Source: a bacterium
GTDB taxonomy: Bacteria; Hinthialibacterota; Hinthialibacteria; Hinthialibacterales; Hinthialibacteraceae
Assembly: GCA_963662285.2 (NCBI GenBank)
Contig: CAXXMV010000001.1
Coordinates: 1,152,001-1,216,000 of the forward strand
Length of the DNA: 64,000 nt
Direction of reading: 5' to 3'
The notes under the pieces: model-generated
Seen by the model: only the letters and a program-made list of their open reading frames with translations
Databases searched by the model: none
Told to the model about the DNA's origin: nothing
Shown: positions 38,706 to 47,357 of the stretch, one piece after another
How the letters are laid out: every line of letters begins with the position of its first letter
How positions within the stretch are numbered: position 1 is the first letter of the stretch
Made by a program: the position numbers and the translations under genes

Positions 38706-41700
38706 TTATTTCTGTTTCAATACAGCGTTAGCATGGCGGGCCAGGTGTCCGCGTAGGTCGCTCTGGTATTGGCGCAGGATTTTCTCGCCAAGTCCCTGGT
38801 AGTCGCCGCAGCGGTAGAGCGCACGGGCTAAAACCAGTTCCCGCAAAGTGACTTCGCGGGTAGTCGTATCGTTGTTGAAGCCTTTGGGCGTTATGCTTTT
38901 GCCAACCGCGACATCGCTGTAGGCATGTCCGGTCATGCCTGGTTTTTTAAGCAACTCGGCGATTGGTTTAGCGGCTTTACGGTCGCCCATTGATTCAAGC
39001 GCAACAGCGATGGCGCGATGATGAGAGAAGGCGTCTTGTGAACTCAATTGCTCCAGTTTATCAAGAATGATTGGCAGGGCGCGTGGGTCGCGGGTGCGTC
39101 CCAATGCGATGATCAGGCTGTCGAGCGCGCTAAGGCTTCCGCCGAATTGTCCCATACCAGTAAAGCGCCACCCTTCATCCCATTCCTGTTCGGCAACTGC
39201 GTCGCATAAAGTTTTGCTGCCGGTCTGGTCGCCCAACATTCCTAAGATATGAGCATAAATCAGTTTAGGTTCTTTCTTGGTAGTTGCATCAGCCGAAGAG
39301 ATACGCTCGCGGGTTTGATCTTCCAGTTTTTTGTTTAGATCATCAGCTGAACTATAGGCTTTACGAAGGAGTACTAGAGAATCTTTGGATTGAGAAAGAA
39401 TAAGCGGCAAGTCTTTATAATCATCAGCGGCGTTCTGCACAGCTTGGGCGATCGTATCTTGAGACAGTGGGTATGAATCCTGATCAGTCAATACGCGTGT
39501 GGGGAGACTGCCGATTTCGACCAGTTGTTCTTGTAGTTTTTTTATGTCGACGTCGCGGGTCTTAAGGTTGTCTTTTGCTGCCATAGACGCTGCGATTCCC
39601 ATGGCGTAACCCTGGTTTTGGATGCAAGGCTGCATACGCAGAATGGGCATGGCGTCGCGGTGGGCGCTGATGCCCAGCCCGGTCACGATGATTCCATCCA
39701 GCCCTTTGGGCAACAAAGCGCGGTATGGCGTGTTGGCGTCAACCGATACTTTATCGGGGTTCTTAATCAGGAATGCTGCGTGAACGGTATAACCATGAGT
39801 ATCGAAGTTGCTACGGGCAATACTTATGGTATCGGGATAAGTGCGATGATTCATTATATCAACGGGAGTGATAAAGAAATCACCCACGATGCGGCGCCGT
39901 TCGCGGGTATCGACTATCTGTCCCAGGTCGTATTCTCCAGAGAATTTTTCTTTAGCAACAATGAATGAGCGCCACAAGTCGACGGGATCAGTATCGTCTA
40001 CGAAGGTGTAATCAGTATTGGTGTAATTAGCGCCCGGTCGACGAGGAGGAAGCCCGGTTCCCTGTAATGCGGCATGTTCGGGGCCGGTGAATTGGTAATC
40101 GGCGCCTGCGGCGATGGCGATATCAGAACTGCCGGTGGAATCAATGGCGGTTTGACAAAGGATAACTCCCCGGCCAAAGGGCGTGGCGACTACAACGCCT
40201 TTCACAGAACCATCAACCACATAGGCGCCGCAACCCAGGACGCCATACCATAGATCAGCGCCTGCTTTACGCAATTCGCTGCGATACCATTCAATTTTGT
40301 TTTCTACGTTCCATCCGCCATGTTTAACATTGGGGTCTTTACCGAGAGTGAGAACGCCTTCATCTAATTCCTTGGTGAAGCCTTCGCGGTAGCCATGATA
40401 ATATCTACCAATCAGGCCAAGAGTACCGACGCCGCCCAATCCATGCAGGTATTCAACGACCAGCGTTTTGGCGCCTTTTCGCGCGGCGCCGATTCCCGCA
40501 GGCGCCCCGCCAGTGCCGCCGCCGATAACCACAACGTCATATTGCCCGAGAATGGGGATGGCGCGTTGGGTTGAAGGGATGGATCGTGCGCTTTCTGATA
40601 TCGGACGAACGCCCTGAAGCAATTCGCGAATGTTGCCTGTTGTGATATCAGCGTTTTGAGGCCCTTTTAGCGTAACTCCCTTTGGCATAGAAAGCGCCGC
40701 GGCTTCTTGCGCAGCTGCTTTTCCGATGCGGGTTGCAACCGCGATAAGGTTTAACGGTCGAACCAGTTTTTCGGCGGCATTACGGGAGATATCAGCGCAG
40801 GCGCCGAGTATGTAAAGTTGTGGTATGTCTTTTGGTTTGAAGGCGTCAAGATCAATGTTATCAGCCCCAGGCCAATCGGCTATGCTTTTTTGGCCTCTAA
40901 CAGGATCAGGAGGAATCTGGAAAAGAGTTTCGGATGCGTTGACCTGTCCCGTTTGCCATGTCCGGTCGCGCATGATCTGGTCTGCATTGGCGAAAGATGC
41001 GTAAGATGCATCCGGCATGGGGATTTGCATAGTATATTCGGTAGCATCATAAGCCATGTCTTTTGTGTGAACCTGCGTTGGCATTTTACGGGCGGCTTCG
41101 TCTTCCCTTGGAGTTCCGCCTACGACGATTCGCTTAAAGGTCGCCTCGCCAGCTGGATAGGAAGCGAATTCGGCGCCCGCCATTCTAGCGGCGCCCGCAC
41201 GCGGCATGGCGTCAATGACCACCTTGGCTAATACGGCCTGACGTCCGGAACGGTTGACCATGACGATTCCCGCAATCTTGCCGTTTTCATCATGTAGGAT
41301 ATCAGTTGTCATGCAGCTATATAAAAACTGAACCTTGGCGTCAAGCAAGGCCTGATCCAAGGCGTATTTGATCTGCATTAGGGTTGGTGGAATGCGTAAA
41401 CTGGCTTTTCTATCTTGTTTCTGTACATCAGTTTCAAGCAGAATTTCTCCTAAGAGTATACGTTGAGCATCAGCGCCTTTTTTCATGGAGAATTTCAGGT
41501 AGCGGGTTTTTTGATTGATGGAGTTTGATAAATCAATCGGTTGCTCCTCAAATGTTCCACGACCAACCAATGAATTTTTTACTACTGCGATTTCATGCCA
41601 TTCATTTTTATCAGCGCTGATTGAGATAGCAACATTATCTACCGAGAATTCATTATTGCGCTGATAAGCCATGATATGGGCTTTTTTCACATTGCGCTCT

Positions 41701-42191
41701 TGGCCCAAGTCAACGGTTATCACAACATCATTGTTGTATTGAACGCTTTGAGAGGATGAACTGGTAAACTTTCCGTCATTCAGCAAAGAGGCTTTATCCG
41801 TATCTTTGTGTTTCGCGTCTGAAGGTTGATCGGCTTCATAAGTGAATTGCAGCCCTCTTTCCGGCAGAATCTCAGAAAGTGGTTCAGCAAACAATTTTTG
41901 GGTAAATGGAGTCGATGGCTCTTCACCCGGTTCGAGCCATAAGCGGTATGGCGCGCAAAGGTCTTCGCCAAGATATGGACGAGGAGCAGCCAGGAATACG
42001 CTGGCGCCGTTTTGTGATGCTTCGACGGCTGCTGCGACTCCTGCCGCCGATCCACCAACCACAACCACATCGACTTCATAGGCGATAGGTATTTCCCGTG
42101 CGGATTCCTGGATGGTTTTCGCCAATGCGGTAGATGTTAAAGGAACGATTAATAATGCAAATAAAGTGATTGAAAGTGAAAAACGTTTCAT
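38706..42191 (-). CDS. Secreted duplicated FAD-dependent oxidoreductase (FAD_oxidored) with F5/8-type insert and HEAT-like tail
   Basis: Two Rossmann motifs (DVVVVGGSAAG, DVVVIGGGTGG), IDSTG, RERRRIVGD and PYRALLP; discoidin-like insert 'ITVDLGQ...RYLKF'. Confidence 0.8.
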   Translation of the reverse strand: MKRFSLSITLFALLIVPLTSTALAKTIQESAREIPIAYEVDVVVVGGSAAGVAAAVEASQNGASVFLAAPRPYLGEDLCAPYRLWLEPGEEPSTPFTQKLFAEPLSEILPERGLQFTYEADQPSDAKHKDTDKASLLNDGKFTSSSSQSVQYNNDVVITVDLGQERNVKKAHIMAYQRNNEFSVDNVAISISADKNEWHEIAVVKNSLVGRGTFEEQPIDLSNSINQKTRYLKFSMKKGADAQRILLGEILLETDVQKQDRKASLRIPPTLMQIKYALDQALLDAKVQFLYSCMTTDILHDENGKIAGIVMVNRSGRQAVLAKVVIDAMPRAGAARMAGAEFASYPAGEATFKRIVVGGTPREDEAARKMPTQVHTKDMAYDATEYTMQIPMPDASYASFANADQIMRDRTWQTGQVNASETLFQIPPDPVRGQKSIADWPGADNIDLDAFKPKDIPQLYILGACADISRNAAEKLVRPLNLIAVATRIGKAAAQEAAALSMPKGVTLKGPQNADITTGNIRELLQGVRPISESARSIPSTQRAIPILGQYDVVVIGGGTGGAPAGIGAARKGAKTLVVEYLHGLGGVGTLGLIGRYYHGYREGFTKELDEGVLTLGKDPNVKHGGWNVENKIEWYRSELRKAGADLWYGVLGCGAYVVDGSVKGVVVATPFGRGVILCQTAIDSTGSSDIAIAAGADYQFTGPEHAALQGTGLPPRRPGANYTNTDYTFVDDTDPVDLWRSFIVAKEKFSGEYDLGQIVDTRERRRIVGDFFITPVDIMNHRTYPDTISIARSNFDTHGYTVHAAFLIKNPDKVSVDANTPYRALLPKGLDGIIVTGLGISAHRDAMPILRMQPCIQNQGYAMGIAASMAAKDNLKTRDVDIKKLQEQLVEIGSLPTRVLTDQDSYPLSQDTIAQAVQNAADDYKDLPLILSQSKDSLVLLRKAYSSADDLNKKLEDQTRERISSADATTKKEPKLIYAHILGMLGDQTGSKTLCDAVAEQEWDEGWRFTGMGQFGGSLSALDSLIIALGRTRDPRALPIILDKLEQLSSQDAFSHHRAIAVALESMGDRKAAKPIAELLKKPGMTGHAYSDVAVGKSITPKGFNNDTTTREVTLRELVLARALYRCGDYQGLGEKILRQYQSDLRGHLARHANAVLKQK

Positions 42192-42222
42192 GGAAAACTC
42201 CAGTAGATATTTTTTAATATAT

Positions 42223-42336
42223 TTAGAACGATAATAATAAATATATTAATATAAATGTTTCTTAAAAACCGTTAAGACAGATACTTTAATAAGGTAAACT
42301 GTAATACTATACGAACATAATATCTATAATCTCTAA
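42223..42336. mobile_element. Degenerate MITE family A copy
   Basis: ttagaacgata...cgaacataatatctataatctctaa; similar length, and its reverse complement resembles the left end of the 38497 copy. Confidence 0.4.
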
Positions 42337-42438
42337 TGTATCAAAAAACGAGACGTTTACCTAGATATAAAACCTTTGATAATGTAAAAAAGATAGTGTA
42401 TTGAAGGAAAAAGTGATAATTATAAGGGGGATTAACTA

Positions 42439-44511
42439 GTGGAAATGAATCGCTGGATTATAAATAAATTGGCCTTGTGTTTTGGTCTTTTTCTTCTCTC
42501 AAGTTCGGTCTTGGTAAATGCAGAGGAGAAATCGGCTGATAAAGCAAAGATTGATATATGGAAATCAGTGTATACCATTGAACGCGGCATTCCTGATGCG
42601 GGAGATCATCCCGGTAATGTGTATCTTGTAGGCGAAGAGGTTATCGCCAAAGCATCACCGGGCATTCCACTGGAAGCGGTTAAATGGAGAGCGCTTGACG
42701 ACAGTGGGAAAGTTGCCGCAGAAGGAGAATTTTCACTTGGTGGACCAGGTGATTCAGTTAATGCAGGCAAACTGGGGCTTGGCTGGTATCGGATTGAATT
42801 TCTAAACAACAATAACAAACGGGTAGGCTGGACTTCAACTGCGGTGTTGGCGAAACTGAGCGCCCCGGTTCCCCAGGATTCTCCCATCTGTATTGATGGC
42901 GCTAATGCCTGGTTTGCTCAAGAAAATCCCGAGAAGCAGGAAGAACTTGCGCGTCTGGCTGCATTAACTGGAGTAAACTGGATACGCGACCGGATTAAGT
43001 GGCGTGAAATGCAACCAACTCCAGACGAATTCAGCCAAAACACCACCTATGATGACTCAGCCAAATTCCAATCTCAATTTGGTTTGAAGGTGTTGCAGGT
43101 TTTTCATGATACGCCTGAATGGGCGGTCGCGGAAAATTCCAGACGCGGGCGTTTTGCCGAAGATTTAAGACATGTCTATCGTTTTTGCAAGGAGATGAGT
43201 TTACATTTCAAGGGAACCGTGCAAGCCTGGGAACCATGGAACGAATCCAATGCGCATGATTTCGGTGGTCATACAGTTGATGAAATGTGCTCCATGCAGA
43301 AAGCGGCTTACCTGGGTTATAAAGCAGGCGATCCGGATATGACGGTTTGCTGGAATGCTTATGCGGGAGTGCCGACGCCTTTGCATACCAAAGGCATACT
43401 AGAAAATGAGGCGTGGTCATATTTCGATGCATATAGCATCCATACTTATGATTGGCCGTCTTCTTATGTTGCATTGCGCGCGCCTGCCATAGAAGCAGCA
43501 TGCGGTCGTCCTCTATGGGTGACGGAGAGCGACCGGGGCATCAACTATCATACCTATGAACCCTGGTGTGATATTTCTGAAAAGAACGAACTACTCAAGG
43601 CGCAATTCATGGCGCAATCCTACGCTACTAGCCTGTTCGCCGGATGCACCCGGCATTTTCATTTTATTCTAGGACATTACTTTGAACGGCGTAACAAGAT
43701 TCAGTTTGGTCTACTGCGCTTGGACCTGACGCCGCGTCCCAGTTATGTGGCATTTGCGGCAGTGGGCCGGTTGCTGGCTGGCGCCAGGTGCCTGGGTCGC
43801 TGGAATATCGAGGAACAGCCTGAAACTCATATTTATGCGTTTCGAGCTAAACCCGATGGCGTGGAGCGTGACGTGCTGGTTGTTTGGGCTGAGAAAAAAG
43901 TTGACTGGGCGGAGCGCGGCAAAACCTCGGCTGATTGGCCATTTCCTGAGGGAATGCCTATTCAGGCGCTTTATGATTACTTCGGACGCCAGATGAAAAA
44001 TGAGGTTCCCTCAAAAATTGAATCAAAAGCCACCTACGTGTTGTTGCCCAAAGGTGAAGCGGACAAGTTACCCCTGCAGAAGCCAATGAGCGGAGAGTAT
44101 CGCGTTGGCGAGTCGTCTAATGTAGTACTGCAACTGGTTATGCCTGAGTCATCCACGGTTGCGGTTACTACCATTCCCTGGTCGGTTGAACATGAGCACC
44201 AAATTGAAACCGATAAAGAATTGGAACTCTCATTGTATATTTATAATTTCAGCGATCAGGCGGTTAGCGGCAAAGTCAATGCTGAACATATTCCTGAAGG
44301 GTGGATATTAGAACCTTCTCAATGGGAGATGACGCTAGAGCCAATGGAGCAAAAAGCGTTGCCCGTAAAATTAAAACGACCGGCGCCGGTTGATGACGCA
44401 TCAGCTGATATATGGATTAAATTACGGGGTGATTTCGGCAATGCCGGGAAACCGGTTTTGGCCTTCCGCTTGATTGCGAAACCGGGCGAAGCATACCCGA
44501 AGATAGATTAA
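42439..44511 (+). CDS. Secreted clan GH-A glycoside hydrolase (GH39/GH5-like)
   Basis: Signal peptide; GVNWIRD, WEPWNE (acid/base), SIHTY and LWVTES (nucleophile) motifs; FGLL...PRPSYVA. Confidence 0.75.
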   Translation: MEMNRWIINKLALCFGLFLLSSSVLVNAEEKSADKAKIDIWKSVYTIERGIPDAGDHPGNVYLVGEEVIAKASPGIPLEAVKWRALDDSGKVAAEGEFSLGGPGDSVNAGKLGLGWYRIEFLNNNNKRVGWTSTAVLAKLSAPVPQDSPICIDGANAWFAQENPEKQEELARLAALTGVNWIRDRIKWREMQPTPDEFSQNTTYDDSAKFQSQFGLKVLQVFHDTPEWAVAENSRRGRFAEDLRHVYRFCKEMSLHFKGTVQAWEPWNESNAHDFGGHTVDEMCSMQKAAYLGYKAGDPDMTVCWNAYAGVPTPLHTKGILENEAWSYFDAYSIHTYDWPSSYVALRAPAIEAACGRPLWVTESDRGINYHTYEPWCDISEKNELLKAQFMAQSYATSLFAGCTRHFHFILGHYFERRNKIQFGLLRLDLTPRPSYVAFAAVGRLLAGARCLGRWNIEEQPETHIYAFRAKPDGVERDVLVVWAEKKVDWAERGKTSADWPFPEGMPIQALYDYFGRQMKNEVPSKIESKATYVLLPKGEADKLPLQKPMSGEYRVGESSNVVLQLVMPESSTVAVTTIPWSVEHEHQIETDKELELSLYIYNFSDQAVSGKVNAEHIPEGWILEPSQWEMTLEPMEQKALPVKLKRPAPVDDASADIWIKLRGDFGNAGKPVLAFRLIAKPGEAYPKID

Positions 44512-44532
44512 TTTCTGAACTTGATTTATGAA

Positions 44533-44575
44533 AAAGGGAGCGCAATGACATAAATAATCACTGTGCTCCCTTTTT
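44533..44575. terminator. Bidirectional terminator
   Basis: aaaagggagc...gctccctttt between convergent genes. Confidence 0.65.
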
Positions 44576-44599
44576 GTTTACAATGAAAAAATAACTCGT

Positions 44600-45949
44600 T
44601 CAGCGAAGCAGCCGGGCGATAAGAAAAGCCATTTCCAGCGCCTGCGCTCCATTAAGGCGTGGGTCGCAAGCGGTTTCATAGCACTGATGCAAGTCGGATT
44701 CAGTTACTCCTCCAGAACCGCCAATGCATTCTGTCACCGCTTCACCCGTCAATTCAATATGAACCCCACCCATAAATGTCCCAAGTTTGTTATGTTGCTC
44801 AAAGGTCTGCTCCAACTCAGAGAAGATAGAGTCAAGCCGTCTTGTTTTGAGTCCATCAGCAGCGGTTTCGGTGTTGCCATGCATCGGGTCGCAACTCCAT
44901 AACACGGGATGGCCGCTTTTCTCGACAGCCTGAACAAAACGCGGGAGCTGCTTTGATACGTTATCGGCGCCAAAGCGGGTGATGATGGTTATTCTTCCCG
45001 GTTCACGATCAGGATCAATACGGTCGATAATCTGGATCAACGTCTCTTCGTCCATGGCTGAACCGGCCTTGATTCCGATCGGATTTCTGATGCCGCGCAA
45101 GTATTCCACATGGGCGTCTTCCAGACCGGAAGTGCGATAACCCAACCAGAGGTAATGAGCGCTGTGATTATATGGCGTATGATCAGCGCTATAGCGTGTC
45201 AACGCTTCTTCATAAGGCAGCAGAAGCGCTTCATGCGAAGTATAGATTTCGACGCGGCGCAGTGAATCGTCAGAGTGACCTATGGTTTCCATAAAGGTGA
45301 TGGCGTCATTAATCGCATCCACCATCTTTTGATACGCCTTACGGTTCGGGCTGGATTCCATGAACGACAGATTCCATAACTCTGGATGATGCAGATCGGC
45401 GAAACCGCCTTCAATTAATGCGCGAAGGTAGTTCAAACTTGCCGCTGCATGATGATAGCCATCAATCATACGCTGTGAATTGGTATGGCGCGATTCGGCG
45501 TTAAACTCCGTTGCATTGACCAGATCACCACGATAGACAGGTAAAGTAACGCCGTTTTGTTCTTCATAATTATTGCTGCGTGGTTTGGCGTATTGACCAG
45601 CCATACGCCCGATGCGGATAAGCGGCTTTCTAGTGCCGTAAGTAAGTACGAGGCTCATCTGCAAGAGCACTTTTAATTTTGACTCTATGACTGATGCCGT
45701 ACAATCGGAAAAACGCTCGGCGCAGTCGCCTCCATGCAGCACGAATCTCTTGCCCTGTGCTGCATCTGCCAATTCATCTCTTAGACGGTCAATTTCGCCT
45801 TTTGACACCAATGGCGGCTTGGTACGCAGGATGCCAAGGCATTTTTCTAACTTTAAGAGATCAACATATTCTGGTTGCTGGAGAGCAGTGCGGGTCCGCC
45901 AACTTTGAGGCGTCCACTCTTTTTGATTTAACGTCGGATAGTCGTTCAT
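44600..45949 (-). CDS. Class II 3-deoxy-D-arabino-heptulosonate 7-phosphate (DAHP) synthase
   Basis: WTPQSWR, GGDCAERF, GRMAGQYAKPRS, YTSHEALLL, CDPMHGNT and CDPRLN motifs. Likely ATG 45949 (track start 46051). Confidence 0.95.
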   Translation of the reverse strand: MNDYPTLNQKEWTPQSWRTRTALQQPEYVDLLKLEKCLGILRTKPPLVSKGEIDRLRDELADAAQGKRFVLHGGDCAERFSDCTASVIESKLKVLLQMSLVLTYGTRKPLIRIGRMAGQYAKPRSNNYEEQNGVTLPVYRGDLVNATEFNAESRHTNSQRMIDGYHHAAASLNYLRALIEGGFADLHHPELWNLSFMESSPNRKAYQKMVDAINDAITFMETIGHSDDSLRRVEIYTSHEALLLPYEEALTRYSADHTPYNHSAHYLWLGYRTSGLEDAHVEYLRGIRNPIGIKAGSAMDEETLIQIIDRIDPDREPGRITIITRFGADNVSKQLPRFVQAVEKSGHPVLWSCDPMHGNTETAADGLKTRRLDSIFSELEQTFEQHNKLGTFMGGVHIELTGEAVTECIGGSGGVTESDLHQCYETACDPRLNGAQALEMAFLIARLLR

Positions 45950-46292
45950 TGCATCAATTCTTATATGATTTCCAGAGAATTCCCCATGATTTATGATGGC
46001 AGTGAAATTCGCATGACACAAGGCTCTTGTTAGTATATTACGCCGAATCAAAGTATTGGTTTTAAGGATAAAAATTTCTTTCCCTTATGATTTCTATTAT
46101 GTAATTCTTGATTTTTATCTTGACATGATATTGATGGATATAGTAAATTAAATCGATTCCCCCATTCTATCAATACTTGTTGATTTGCCGATTGTTATAG
46201 TGAAGAAAGGAGTAAATCGAGAATTATTCATTCAATTCATATCGTTGTAACGCATTGAATAATATACAAATATGTTAAATAGGGAGATGATA

Positions 46293-47279
46293 ATGAAATA
46301 CAGATTTGCATGTTATATAACCATTGTATCGTGTTTTTTATGCTTACCGGTTATGGCGCAGGATGTTGATTATGTCCTCAACTTCGATGAGACTTCTGAA
46401 GGACCATGGTCTGACATAGAAAAAACAACTCTTACAATTCCAAAAGTTGCCAATGGTTCCATCACTTTGGATGGTGATGTGACTTCGGGAGAATATGGTG
46501 GATTTAATGTAGTGGAGGTGATTCCTGATCAAAACGCCTGGATTCTAGCCTATCCAGCAGTGAGAAATTGGGAAAGCGAAGAAGATTCCAGTTTTGGTTT
46601 CTACATGGCCTATGATGATGATTTCCTCTATATCGGCGTTAATGTGAACGACAACACCGTTCTCTCCAACAATCCAAACGCTTCCTTTTGGAACGATGAC
46701 GCCATGGAGATTATTATCGATCCATTGAATACGCGATTGGACGAAAACACCGATCAAGTTGATAATTTCTTTGGCGGGCATTGCTATGTAAACTATGAAG
46801 GCCGGTTTTCTGCATGGGATGATGACGCCAACACTCGTGGCGAACCACTTACGCGATGGTCGTCGCTGGTTGAATGGGCATATGGCGAAGATAAAGAAAT
46901 TTATGGCGTGGGAAAAGAAACCGGAACCGGTTGGTCTATGGAAGTCAAATTCCACAAAGACACTCTGATTGATCCAATCAGTGATTTCAAATGGCAGGAA
47001 GGCCAGGATATGGCTTTCAACATTGGCATTGATGATGATGATGGCGCTGATATGGAGATCCAATATTTCTGGGCCAACCGCATCCGCGCGATAGGCTTTA
47101 CTGAAGAGGAATCATGGAATTGGACTGAAGAAGAGATCGCTAATGGAGATCATCTGAACCCTGATATCACATGGTATGAAATTGGAATTAACGCCAATGG
47201 AAGGCTTAGTAAATCCGGCGCCGGAGAGATTATTCTGGGCGCCGAGGCCGCCAAAATACCTGAGTGGAGTCTTTATTAA
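46293..47279 (+). CDS. Secreted acidic CBM9-like protein with C-terminal IPEWSLY motif
   Basis: Signal peptide; ITLDGD..EY, MAYDDDFLYIGVNVND, WNDDAMEIIID and AFNIGIDDDDG motifs; RBS agggag. Confidence 0.72.
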   Translation: MKYRFACYITIVSCFLCLPVMAQDVDYVLNFDETSEGPWSDIEKTTLTIPKVANGSITLDGDVTSGEYGGFNVVEVIPDQNAWILAYPAVRNWESEEDSSFGFYMAYDDDFLYIGVNVNDNTVLSNNPNASFWNDDAMEIIIDPLNTRLDENTDQVDNFFGGHCYVNYEGRFSAWDDDANTRGEPLTRWSSLVEWAYGEDKEIYGVGKETGTGWSMEVKFHKDTLIDPISDFKWQEGQDMAFNIGIDDDDGADMEIQYFWANRIRAIGFTEEESWNWTEEEIANGDHLNPDITWYEIGINANGRLSKSGAGEIILGAEAAKIPEWSLY

Positions 47280-47308
47280 GTAGGATAATATATAGAACTG
47301 TCATTACT

Positions 47309-47337
47309 ACGGGCTGCTTTTTAGCAGCCCGTTTTTA
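47309..47337. terminator. Intrinsic terminator
   Basis: acgggctgct-tttt-agcagcccgt followed by a T-tract. Confidence 0.75.
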
Positions 47338-47357
47338 TTCTCTTGATGAAAAATTCA

